Positions 25,426 to 38,828 of a stretch of 64,000 nucleotides of DNA are shown here, one piece after another. Below the pieces are notes generated by a model. It worked only from the letters and a program-made list of their open reading frames with translations, was not told the DNA's origin and made no database searches. The number at the start of each line of letters is the position of its first letter. Position 1 is the stretch's first letter. Made by a program: the position numbers and the translations under genes. Origin of the DNA: Eledone cirrhosa (taxonomy: Eukaryota); assembly GCA_964016885.1 (NCBI GenBank), contig OZ024741.1:8928001-8992000 (forward strand), given 5' to 3'.

Positions 25426-25443
25426 AGATAGATAGATAGATAA

Positions 25444-25523
<80 letters not shown>

Positions 25524-25832
25524 ACAGACAGTTGCTGCATCTGTTACACAATCTCTCTATTACTCTCTCTCTCTCTCAACAAATTATCCCTACCCCACCC
25601 AACCTTTCCCTGTCTATTTTCCTCTCGTCAAGCTATAGCTTTCTCCTGTGTCCAATAACGGCCCTGTTTAGCGATGCATTACCACTAAAGACCGGATCTG
25701 TAGAAGTGCCAGTAGGACTGGTGCACCAGATCGTAACCAAAGCGGCTATAATTGCCCCAATCTGTCTCATTAGACTGTCGCGCTTTTTTGTTTTTGTTCC
25801 AAAGGGTAGACAACTCTTCCGCTCCAACTTAC

Positions 25833-25899
25833 AGCATCAGCTTCGTTGTACGTGCTGCGGCTTGTAGATAGCTTTCACTGATGTTACATATACCACACA
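25833..25899 (-). other. Candidate host micro-exon (67 nt)
   Basis: tttatctctctacatgtttatcacag|TGTGTGG...GATGCT|gtaagt; one open frame xCGICNISESYLQAAARTTKLM. Confidence 0.35.
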
Positions 25900-26189
25900 C
25901 TGTGATAAACATGTAGAGAGATAAACAGAATCTGTGCTGGGCACGTACACATAGGGACACACACATAGATACACACACATATGTACATATATACAAACAA
26001 ACACATATATACATACAAACATATATACATATATACATACAAACATATATGCATATACACATATATACAAGCATATATACATACATACATACATACATAT
26101 ATGCATGTATACATATACACATACATACATACATACATACATACATACATACATACATACATACAAACTTATATACATATATACATATA

Positions 26190-26795
26190 TGATGGCTACC
26201 AACTCGTTTTCGAGTACGGCCACTACTTTATATCCATGTAGGAGAACTCCTACCGATGCGCTGAACGAGTGTGACTTTTTAGTCCAGCCAGCGGCTTGGA
26301 AACTCTGGTACAAACATTACACCTGTGACAATTATTGACACATAGTGCTGGGCCCATGGTACCATGTGACGACAAGTGCAGAGAGATCTCCAGATATAAA
26401 GCAATGCCTGTGCCGTGAAGCTTTTATAGTGAGCAAAGGCACTGCACAAAGCCAGTCCCACTCTCTTAACCAAGATGATATTTACCAAAAAGAAGAACAA
26501 GTCAACATCATTGGATACCATCAGGGTTGCAGGTGTTATATCAGAGTTTTCCTTCTCCTAGAATTCTGCCTTGACAAAGGCTAAGGGGTCATCTCTCCCG
26601 GTGATTTTGGATGGCCATTGACTATTAAGAGCTCCTTTGCCCTTTGACAGGTTTTGTTTTTAGTCCTGCAGGATGTCCAAAGTCACCCTCCTCACCAAGA
26701 AACCTTGGTGGGGTTGCCAGTTTAGTCGCCAACGACCCGACCATGAGACAGGTTGTACTGGGATACATGTTACCAGTAGCACCAACTGGTGACCT
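26190..26795 (-). repeat. Dispersed repeat, possibly a non-autonomous RTE derivative
   Basis: Colinear similarity to 46127-46656 (gacaggttgtactggg.tacatgtta.cagtagcac; cctcctcaccaag; gacaaaggc.aaggggtc). Confidence 0.65.
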
Positions 26796-26936
26796 GACAT
26801 ATATATACATACATACATACATACACACATGCATACACACATTCAAAGATTCATACATACATACATAGATGTATGCAAGAATAGAAACACACACCACAAC
26901 TCATCACTGACACAATTAAATACATGTGTACATACC

Positions 26937-26974
<38 letters not shown>

Positions 26975-27044
26975 CAGTATATATATATATATATATATAG
27001 TGACGAAACATAAGTCAATTGCATGAACTCATAATCCTTTATTT

Positions 27045-27100
27045 ACTGCTATATATATTTCGATGATAACCATTGAATGGCTATGACCTCATCAGGCAGT
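27045..27100 (-). ncRNA. Type I minimal hammerhead ribozyme
   Basis: actgc|ctgatga|ggtcatagcca-ttcaa-tggttatcatc|gaaa-tatatata|gcagt; stem I actgc/gcagt; palindromic stem III. Confidence 0.7.
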
Positions 27101-27176
27101 TAGTCAGTTCTTAGATATGCCAGCTCTGTGTTTATAGCGTTGATGGTATCAGAGCCTTGGGACATATGCATCTTTT

Positions 27177-27212
<36 letters not shown>

Positions 27213-27472
27213 AAAAGATGCATATACACTAATATAGACATACTGATTTACAGACCCAATCTCGTATATGTACTACAACTATACACATGATTCTATAGAC
27301 ACAAAGCTAGAGTGAGGGGGTGGGGGAGAAAGTGAGTGAAAGAAAGAGAGGGACGTACAATCACAGGCATGTATGTATATACACATTTATATACATATAT
27401 ACATAATCTTATACGTATATATATATATCACACGCATGTATGCTTATGCACACTTATATACATATATACATA

Positions 27473-27551
<79 letters not shown>

Positions 27552-27667
27552 TATATATAGTGGTAGAACACTGGAAGATAATATCCGTAGTGGTAGAGCA
27601 CTCAGTCCATGGGACGAGTTAGGTAGAAGTGGTTACACAACAGTTAGACCTAACTGTTGTGTAACCA

Positions 27668-27708
<41 letters not shown>

Positions 27709-27889
27709 GTGTATGTACGTGTGTGTGTGTGTGTATATATGAATGGGTCAGAACCCCGAGGCCCGGCGCTTCGACAGCGACAAATTATACATTAAGCTGT
27801 TGAAACGGCAAGAGCTCAGCCGTCGAGATCCTGACTCATTCATATAACCATACTCTACTATAAATACATACATATATATTATATATACA

Positions 27890-27929
<40 letters not shown>

Positions 27930-28211
27930 CGAAACATATTTAAAATTTAAAATTTAAAATTTGTCCGGGTATCACGGCTATTGCCAATATAGGTTTGTTT
28001 TTATCGATTTATTATTTTAAATCGAGACAGGCAAACCGTATTATTTTAATTAGTATTTTTCAATCTAGCTAACTTGGTCATTTGCAATACGAACACATGT
28101 AGACTTGTAGCAGTGTTTATCCCTCTCATATATTCATTTGTATTACACGGCTCAGAAATATACCTTTCTTTGAGCTATTTAATTGTAAAAGACTATTTGA
28201 GTTTATAACTC

Positions 28212-28295
<84 letters not shown>

Positions 28296-28497
28296 TTAGT
28301 TATACTATTTATGTTTATGTAAATACAAAACCTTAAGCAGTTATAAGTATTTTACACACACCCTAAATAGTGGTAGGCAGTATTGTATTACTACCTTATT
28401 ACCAGTAAGTTAAGTAGCTCAATGTAAAAAACATCAGATGATTTACAGAGCAGTTATATGAAATATAAGAATCAAAGAACTGTTCAAAACATTATTG

Positions 28498-28544
28498 TGC
28501 TTACAGCTGTTTCCTCCAAACCGAGGTTTGGATTCTTCGGAGCA
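28498..28544 (-). ncRNA. Type I hammerhead motif with a U4C change
   Basis: tgct|ccgaaga|a-tccaaac-ctcg-gtttgga-g|gaaac-agct-gta|agca. Confidence 0.6.
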
Positions 28545-29677
28545 ATTTATTAATGCATGGACAGTTATATGACCTCCTTTTCAGCCGAGAGACATACCAA
28601 TATATATTCAAACATTGATACATATTCAAACATTGTGGGTCAACATTCATTACAGAATTTAGAGTGGCAGTACACACTTCGAGATTACATTTATATTAAT
28701 AGGTACAATCAAAAATCAAAGATATAGGTTAAAATACAACATGAAGATAAGCGGTTATATAGTGCAAATGTTATATGTGTGGCACGCATGTGCGTCTTGT
28801 TTATATAGTGTGGTAGAGGCACTTAGGTAGGTAAATAAGAGTGTTAGGTTGGTAGATCTGGTGGCAAATTCTTTATATGATTGATATAGTCTGTGTGTGG
28901 AGAAATATTATAAGCATTAAAGATAGTGCAAGCATTAAAAGTGTTATAAGTAATGGAGATGCACAGCGCAGGGATGTCAAGTATTTCATGTACTTCGGCA
29001 TTTTCATGGTCAGGGGAGTATATTTTTCGATTATATGCCCTTCACATAATCCACGGCAATCCAGTTAGAGATCGTAGTCTGGTGTTCTTTAGTTCGATAC
29101 AGGAGGTTGTTACGTTTCTAGAAACGCCATTGAATACCGCCCGGAAGTGTGTGTGTGGCTAAGGGGAGTTAATGCATGCGGGGAGGTAACTCTGGGGTTT
29201 CTGTATCTAGCCATTAAAATGTGTCCCAATATAGACCCTAAATTCTATGGTGATGCGCATCTTCCAAGAGAGATTTTTAAAGCATAAAGTGTATTAACTA
29301 TAGAGTAGTTTAATTAAGTTATGCTGAAGGTGATCATATTATTATTATGGTGGATTAACCCATCTTAAGGTGCCACAAATGGAAATTATAGATGATATAT
29401 ATATATATACGTCTGTATACATATATGTATGTACGTGTACATACTTATATTTAAGTAACAGCCGTACTAAGAGTGAGAAATGAAATTTCGTTTCATTTTT
29501 TCCGTTTATATATATATATATATATTGTTATACTTTGGGAGGGTCATGTTACCAATAAGAAACACACGCACCAGTTGATTTCACTTCAATTTATTATAAT
29601 AAATTTATAAATTTAGGAATTTATAAATTTCCGGTTGGTTGGTTGGTTCCACAACAAGATGGTTGTTTATATATTGT

Positions 29678-29720
29678 CAAAGTTCTTTCGTCACACATTC
29701 TGTGACCTCTTCAGTGACTG
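29678..29720 (-). ncRNA. Hammerhead motif, same family as the 1590-1619 motif
   Basis: ctgaaga-g-gtcac-agaatgt-gtgac-gaaag-aactt; stem II covaries with GUUGC/GCAAC of the 1.6 kb copy. Confidence 0.65.
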
Positions 29721-29854
29721 GGGATTCTTTTCTTTGTTTTTGTGCCTCTCCTTTGTTCTGTCCTACGCCATTTTGTTTGTCCTACGCCAACAAAATGGCG
29801 TAGGACAAATGGCGTAGGACAATAGAGGAAATGAAAGAATGGAAGTGAAAAAGA

Positions 29855-30260
29855 GATATAGACCCCAGTATTACACTGGTATTTGTTTTATCAACCTTAA
29901 ATAGATGAAAGACAAAGTTCACCTCAGCGAGATTTGTACTCAGAGAACAGAGAGTCGAAACAAATACCGTAAAGTAGTTTATCTGACGCCCTAACGACTC
30001 CACCAATTAGCCCCTTACACATAACAACTACCAACTCCTAAACTAAGGAGTGCAGTTAATACAGGCTATGCGTGGCCTTCTCGCTTGCTAGAAACAGTAG
30101 TAAAATCTCCCATAAATCTCCTTTTTATAATTGTTTTTACTTTTGGCACAAGGCTAGCAATTACCTCAGTGCATTACTGGTACTTTATTTTATCGACTCC
30201 GTAAGGATGAAAGGCAAAGTTAACCTCGGCAGGATTTGAATTCAGATCATAAAGGACGGT
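29855..30260 (-). mobile_element. Two tRNA-derived SINE copies (about 29855-30015 and 30128-30260)
   Basis: Shared SINE body: ttttatcgac..gatgaaaggcaaagttaacctcggcaggatttgaa. Confidence 0.75.
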
Positions 30261-30397
30261 AAATGAGCAGTGATCTGTATACAAAACAATATAGTTCTCG
30301 ATAAATTAAACATTAAGTAATTGCAAGATGGTCATGGTTGGGACGCTTTAATAATAGGACTTTTAGATAATATACACAGGCATTAAACAACAACACA

Positions 30398-33140
30398 ACT
30401 AGAGGTACACTATTGATATCGTGTCTTCTCTATCTTATATTACTGTAATGAAGGTGATACTAGAGGTACACTGTTGATATCGTGTCTTCTCTATCTTATA
30501 TTACTGTAATGAAGGTGATACTAGAGGTACACTATTGATATCGTGTCTTCTCTATCTTATATTACTGTAATGAAGGTGATACTAGAGGTACACTATTGAT
30601 ATCGTGTCTTCTCTATCTTATATTTCTGTAATGATGGTGATACTAGAGGTACACTGTTGATATCGTGTCTTCTCTATCTTATATTACTGTAATGAAGGTG
30701 ATACTAGAGGTACACTGTTGATATCGTGTCTTCTCTATCTTATATTACTGTAATGATGGTGATACTAGAGGTACCCTGTTGATATCGTGTCTTCTCTATC
30801 TTATATTACTGTAATGAAGGTGATACTAGAGGTACACTATTGATATCGTGTCTTCTCTATCTTATATTACTGTAATGAAGGTGATACTAGAGGTACACTA
30901 TTGATATCGTGTCTTCTCTATCTTATACTAGCAGTAAAGCCCGGCGTTGCTCGGGGTCGCTCAGTAGCTGTGTTAAAGTTACAATGTTAAGTTTCTTTCT
31001 TGGCTTAAAAACTGTAGTGTCTACTGTGCAGACTTGCATGTGGTGTTTTTGATTAATATTCCCTCAACCAACAATATGCCTTATGAAGTTAAGAAAACAT
31101 AACGATAACCCGAATGCTATAACAAAAGAGGATGCTGGGGATAGAAACTGCACTGGTTATTTATTAACAAAGATCGAAAATGTAAACACTGCAACGCAGA
31201 GAAAAACATTAGCGTAACCAAATTATCAGTTATGTCTGTCTGCACGCCTATATCACCTCTCTGCACCACTGTCTGTCTGCACGCCTATATCACCTCTCTG
31301 CACGACTGTCTGTCTGCACGCCTATATCACCTCTCTGCACGACTGTCTGTCTGCACGCTTATATCACCTCTCTGCACGACTGTCTGTCTGCACGACTGTC
31401 TGTCTGCACGCCTAACGACGAAATATTTGCTTGTTTTACGTAGTCTTTAAATAGGCTTGTTTTCAAGTAAAAATATTGTTTTAAAATGCTTTTAAATGGA
31501 AATGAAGCAAAACGGAAGCTTAGTGTTCGAACTGATGAATTTTGCAGGTCAATATTTTGCTGGCTCGACAACTGTTAAAGCCAGCGTAATTTTTTACGTA
31601 AGACGCTCAATGTAAACAGAACAAAGGGAAATAACTGATCACTTACGCTCAAAAATCGATACATTATATTCGATTTCGTCACATAGGGTGGGTCAATTTG
31701 AAATTTTTTTTTCCGATGTCTTCGCTAGGGCTCAATGTACAAGTATAGCAATTTCGGTGCAATTCCGTGACAGATTCTAAGAGGAGATGTGTGCCAAAAA
31801 TCGATAGACAGACAGACAACCACAGTTTTATATATATAGATTACTGTAATGAAGGTGATTCTAGAGGTACACTATTGATATCGTGTCTTCTCTATCTTAT
31901 ATTACTGTAATGAAGGTGATACTAGAGGTACACTATTGATATCGTGTCTTCTCTATCTTATATTACTGTAATGAAGGTGATACTAGAGGTACACTGTTGA
32001 TATCGTGTCTTCTCTATCTTATATTACTGTAATGAAGGTGATACTAGAGGTACACTGTTGATATCGTGTCTTCTCTATCTTATATTACTGTAATGAAGGT
32101 GATACTAGAGGTACACTGTTGATATCGTGTCTTCTCTATCTTATATTACTGTAATGAAGGTGATACTAGAGGTACACTGTTGATATCATGTCTTCTCTAT
32201 CTTATATTACTGTAATGAAGGTGATACTAGAGGTACACTGTTGATATCGTGTCTTCTCTATCTTATATTACTGTAATGAAGGTGATACTAGAGGTACACT
32301 GTTGATATCGTGTCTTCTCTATCTTATATTACTGTAATGAAGGTGATACTAGAGGTACACTGTCGATATCGTGTCTTCTCTATCTTATATTACTGTAATG
32401 AAGGTGATACTAGAGGTACACTATTGATATCGTGTCTTCTCTATCTTATATTACTGTAATGAAGGTGATACTAGAGGTACACTGTTGATATCATGTCTTC
32501 TCTATCTTATATTACTGTAATGAAGGTGATACTAGAGGTACACTGTTGATATCGTGTCTTCTCTATCTTATATTACTGTAATGAAGGTGATACTAGAGGT
32601 ACACTGTTGATATCATGTCTTCTCTATCTTATATTACTGTAATGAAGGTGATACTAGAGGTACACTATTGATATCATGTCTATTCTATCTTATATTACTG
32701 TCATGAAGGTGAGACTAGAGGTACACTATTGATATCGTGTCTTCTCTATCTTATATTACTGTAATGAAGGTGATACTAGAGGTACACTATTGATATCGTG
32801 TCTTCTCTATCTTATATTACTGTAATGAAGGTGATACTAGAGGTACACTATTGATATCGTGTCTTCTCTATCTTATATTACTGTAATGAAGGTGATACTA
32901 GAGGTACACTGTCGATATCGTGTCTTCTCTATCTTATATTACTGTAATGAAGGTGATACTAGAGGTACACTATTGATATCGTGTCTTCTCTATCTTATAT
33001 TACTGTAATGAAGGTGATACTAGAGGTACACTGTCGATATCGTGTCTTCTCTATCTTATATTACTGTAATGAAGGTGATACTAGAGGTACACTGTTGATA
33101 TCGTGTCTTCTCTATCTTATATTACTGTAATGAAGGTGAT
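30398..33140. repeat. 61-bp tandem satellite (~30 copies) split by a Helitron
   Basis: Unit actagaggtacact(a/g)ttgatatcgtgtcttctctatcttatattactgtaatgaaggtgat. Confidence 0.95.
30928..31840 (-). mobile_element. Non-autonomous Helitron, 913 bp
   Basis: The minus strand starts TC(TATATATATAAAA..GTCT repeats) and ends with the hairpin CCCGAGCAACGCCGGG followed 8 nt later by CTAG. It is inserted between A and T of the satellite unit with no TSD. Internal 37-bp tandem repeat at 31232-31412. Confidence 0.9.
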
Positions 33141-33719
33141 AAATTAGAGTCTCTGGGTGTTGGATTAAAAATGATACAATATTTGTTCCGGTTTACTTGG
33201 CTATGAGTTCAAATACCGCCGTGGCCAACTTTGCCTTTCATCTTTGCGAGGTCGATAAATAAAGTATAAATCCAGTTCTGGGGGTTAGTTCTTCCTTCTC
33301 TCTATCACCTTCTCTGAAAGAAATCGGTTGTGCTTCGACCTGGAGAAGTGTGTGCTATGTCAGGTTTAAACATATCCATGACACGCCAGATGTCAAGAGG
33401 CGATTTTACGACTTCATCATAAGTTAAGAGACCTCTTTAAAAAGTACTATAATGCGGTCCCTTCTCGTCATATAACTGTGTATGTAGAACTCCTTAAACC
33501 TCTATAATTTACCAACCCCTATATTATACTCGTTTACTCTCCCTTACAATAAGTCAACACAAACCACATTCTACCTTCTTGAATCTGGAAGTATAAACAC
33601 TTTCGACAATGTAGTCCTAAATATACAAAAAGTAAGGATGGCCAAGTCTGGAATGTCTCTAAGTATCTGCTTTATCATGACTGATCTACATTAAAACCAC
33701 AGAACAACTCTGTTTACAG

Positions 33720-34060
33720 CTGGTACTCCGTCGGTTACGACGACGAGTGTTCCAATTGATACGATCAACAGAACAGCCTGCAAGTAGCTGAGCATTCCAC
33801 ACACATTTATCCATAACGTAGTTCTCAGGGAGATTCAGTGTGACACAGAATGTGACATGGTTGGCCCTTCGAATTACAGGTACAACTCATTTTTGCCAGC
33901 TGAGTTGACGTGAAATAAAGTGTCTTGCTTAAGGACACAATAGACTGGAGCAACGTGAAACAAATTGTCTTGCTCAAGAACACAGCGCGCTACTGAGAAT
34001 CGAAATCACGTTCTTACGATGGTGTGCCGAATACCCAAACCTCAAAGCCGTGCACGTTCA
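33720..34060 (-). mobile_element. Second tRNA-derived SINE family (CORE-like body)
   Basis: Minus strand has a degenerate tRNA head followed by gtgttcttgagcaagac / gtgtccttaagcaagacactttatttcac. Confidence 0.65.
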
Positions 34061-35493
34061 TATAACCTTGTTTAGTAAGACACAAACAACACAAATCTTT
34101 GCTTCTTGTCCAGCCTGAGATTTATATTAGGTTTCATGGCTAATCTATTAATTAGTGCAGAAGTGATAGAATTTCAACGAGAGGAACCCACGTCTAACGG
34201 TTTCTCATAAAGCCACATCACTTACATCACTTATATTGTTGGGAAATGTATAAAGGTCACACAATCCCTCGCTAATGTATAGGCTCATCGCCAGGAATAA
34301 AGGTCACACAATCTCTCATCCCAGTACAGACCCATCGCCAGGCATTGGTGCTTGGATGAGTTTCATAACCTTGTGGGTCGCAAAAAATTCTAATGAGGAG
34401 ATTTAGAATTAGCTTATGTTCCGCTAAATTTAAGAGTGCATAATTGAAAACTAGGAGAGAGGGACTGTGCCAGCTAATGAATCCCCCCACCCTTGTTAAC
34501 GGGCTGGCTCCCGTATAAAAATAAGGACTGCACAGTATACCAACTGGAGGAAATAAAATGGCAGCCAAGCTTTTGATGAATGCTGAACAAATACAAAGAA
34601 TGTTTGCAGCGAATCACGTGCAAGACCGTACTTCGTATTCTCGAGAAAGACATGAACTTTACAGAGTCTAATTTTCGTCTTTAATATAAGTCGGAATCGT
34701 CATACGGTTAGTTGAAATGATTGTAATTCAACCAGCGTCGTCTAAACACCGTAGAACATCTCAGAAACATCACCTCCCTCTCGCTCGTGTCAGTGTGTCG
34801 AAAATCAATATGGTGGCCATTTGCAATCTATTCACAAACACTTCCGTTATAATCACCTCTCCTCTCCTCCCATCCATTTCTGCTCATTCACTATTTTCCT
34901 CCTTCCGCTTCGTATTCCTTCTATCAAATCGTCTCCTTTCCACCTAGTCCTCCTTTTCTTTCTTTTTATATTTATTATTTTGATTTTCTCTGTTGGTTTG
35001 TTTGGTTTTGTATCCATCGCTTAAACCTCTTTCTCTTTCAGTGCAAATTACCTCATTAAACAGCTTCCATTACATCAATGACATCAACACCCTCAATTTC
35101 GCAAAAGGAAAGAAAAAAATACAATAATGGCTCAACCAAAACAAGATATAACAACATAACAACAACAAATACAAACACAAAGCAACACAAACAACAACAA
35201 CAATAACAACAACAACAACAACAACAACAATATAGATTTTACTTCCTGCCTGTCCTTCTCCTCTTCCACCGTTTGGCAGTGGTTGACAACGCTTTATTCC
35301 TAATTGCCATAGCCATGTTCACTCTCAGTTTGCTACACGTAGAGAAGACATGTTCTAAATCTCACACGCGGGCTCAACCAAACCTAGAGGAGATGATTAC
35401 ACGAAATGTTGCTAGTATGAGTAAAATTAAGACAAATGCTGGACAATGAAGGGGGAGCGGGGCAGATTAAGGGCTGCAGTAGAATATATACAC

Positions 35494-35541
<48 letters not shown>

Positions 35542-35617
35542 ACGTACGCACGCACACACACACACACACACATGTATATATATATATGTATATGTATATA
35601 TCTATATATATATATTT

Positions 35618-35740
35618 ATAGGAAAAAGTATGACCCCGACGGCAGAGTTCAAGCCGTTTCGACGGCTATTTCTGGACTAAGTATTGAGTACTCTGGTACG
35701 TTATGGTCCATCTGGTTCCTTACCACAATTCCTTTGTTAT
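35618..35740. mobile_element. Rearranged family A pLTR fragment
   Basis: ggaaaaagtatgaccccgacggc..tctggact joined to the inverted terminal tail; TA flanks. Confidence 0.7.
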
Positions 35741-35967
35741 ATATATTTATATGTATATATATATATACGTACACACACACACACACTTACCACAAGCCCT
35801 CCATCTCAATTCTACTTTTGAAAAGCACAAGAACTGCGAAACCGGTAAAGGAACCAAATAAATATATTTAAAAAAAAAGACTCCAGTTGCATTTTCATCT
35901 TTTTTCCTTCTACTTTCACTCGTGTAGGACACCTCGTTTTTTTTTTCATTTTGTAAAAAAAACCCAC

Positions 35968-36054
<87 letters not shown>

Positions 36055-36734
36055 AAGGAAATATAAAGTAGTTTATATGTTAAAGTCTTTTATTGATAAG
36101 CCCGTGATACATATTTCCATGACGACAGTAGCCACGTGATTCCCTGTAGTACCCAGTGCCATGGTCTCATCAGAGAGCTTCTTACATAATAAGCCCCGAT
36201 TCACGCCAACAGATTTGCGCATGCGCAAATGTGGGATCAGCTAGTCGCCTACTATCGCAAAACATAGCAAACTAGCCTCATCCAACCGTCACAGGGATCA
36301 AGTCAGCCAGCTACGATTCCGGCCGATACTGTATTGGCAGATGACCAAAAGTCGGTGGTAGTGGTAGGATATGACCCTGGTTTCAATACCAGCTTTACAA
36401 TTATACCTAACTCAGGGTTTAGATATGTTTTCACAATGGAAGTTAAAATTGGTAATAAGACAGAATAGCAGAAATTAAAAGTTTTGATTGAAGTAAATAA
36501 AGAATATAACTTAAAGAATAGAATGTGATAATGTCAGCGAATAACAAGTAAATATCATCGTCTATCACATGGATTAACACACATAGTGAGAGAGGAAAGA
36601 ATACCTGTAAATACCAAGGAAAGTACACATTGGTGTATATATATATAAATATAAATTCAGCGAGAATCTCATTTCGGCGGGTAGAAAAAGCGAAACGTAA
36701 CACAAATTCAGAGTCATGGTGGCATATATATATA

Positions 36735-36922
36735 TAGGAAAAGAGTCAGAACCCCGAAGGCAGAGGTCAAACCGTTTCGACAGTCTAGAAATAGCTGCCA
36801 AAACGGCTTGAGCTCTGCCATCGAGGTTCTGACTCTTTTCCTATTACCCACTCTACTACCCAATGTATCGAGTACTCTGGTGCGTTATGGTCCACCTGGC
36901 TCTTTACCACACTTCCTTCGTT
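36735..36922. mobile_element. Short palindromic family A pLTR derivative in (TA)n
   Basis: Inverted repeat at 36735-36845 plus terminal tail. Confidence 0.75.
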
Positions 36923-36943
36923 ATATATATACATATATATTAT

Positions 36944-37348
<405 letters not shown>

Positions 37349-37434
37349 CTATCTACTCCAAATATTTGTCGAGTGCTTTATATCAGTTATAATAATATTT
37401 GCTTGTTGTATCCCAACAATTTAAATAGAACTTT

Positions 37435-37528
<94 letters not shown>

Positions 37529-37538
37529 CACACACACA

Positions 37539-38333
37539 CAGTGGTAGACTGGGTCTACAAATATAGGTTGCCAGGAGATGAAGGGGGCCCACCTACATAT
37601 AGAATGCTATTACATATAGAATGCTATCATTTATTTTTTATATGAATAAATAACATTTTCAAAAAATACATAAGTGGAAACAAAACAGTGACATCAAATT
37701 TTTGTCGGAAAATATCTTACCTTCCCCAATAAAATATTATGTATTTTGCGAAATCCAGAGACTTTCAGTAATGACCAGAAGTCGACCCTAAATATTACTA
37801 ATAGCACTAGGAAAGCCATGAACGACACCACATCTTTTTAACTTTGATTTTGAAAGTAGGTTTATAATTATCAATTTTCATTATACTTTTGTAGCTGTCT
37901 CGGTGGCCTAGTTGGAGGAATCATAGACGGTTGTGATCCTGGCCTGAAATTCGATCCTTGTCGGGAGTAGAGTTCCTAGTAAACTTTTTCAGTTATTTTC
38001 TACTGGTTGTAAAAAAAAAAAAAAACTGTTTACATATACCAGGATTGAACCCACCGTCTCTAGTACCTACCGCTAGGCCAGAGACTATTACGATAATTTT
38101 ATGAAATTCATATTTATAAACCTACTTTCAAAATTTTCAAAACAAAGTGTTGTGGTGTCGTTCATGGGTTTCTTAATGTTATTGCTTCTAAATCATTTGG
38201 GTGTTCCATAAACTACATCCTCGTTTTGTTTCTCATCTATCTAGACTACATTTTAACCTGTAATCCATGTTTCATTTCTGTTCCACCACATTTCTCCCTC
38301 TCATTGGTTAACCAAATGCTTTGCTTAATTGTT

Positions 38334-38382
<49 letters not shown>

Positions 38383-38771
38383 TCGCTCACTCTCTGTTAT
38401 CCCCCTCTCTCACTTCTTCCCGTCTGACCTGTGTGGAATTCTTTTCTCTCTCACTTTTCGCGTGGCTCGGACGTATCTGCCTCTTCTCGTCATTTGATTC
38501 GTTCGGACTTAAGCCCACAAGATTCACTGATTTTGTCTCTCTTTTCCTCTCTTTACGTTGCATTACTACCATGTTGTTTGTTTCCTTTCCTCTGTTTTCC
38601 TCTGTCTCGATAACTTTATTTAGTTATCGCTCGCACTGATTTTAGGTATCTAGTCTTTAATGCGAAGAAATACCATTGATAATCAGCAGACTACTGATGA
38701 TGGACATTCCTGTTTCTCGGTCTATTTTCATTCATATGTTCATTTGCAACAACGCAGCACGCGATTTTTCA

Positions 38772-38828
<57 letters not shown>

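Noticed and set aside
30398-33140. CRISPR-like appearance of the regular 61-bp, 45-bp, 42-bp, 39-bp and 25-bp arrays
   Set aside because: The units are contiguous with no unique spacers, there are no cas genes, and the context is eukaryotic.
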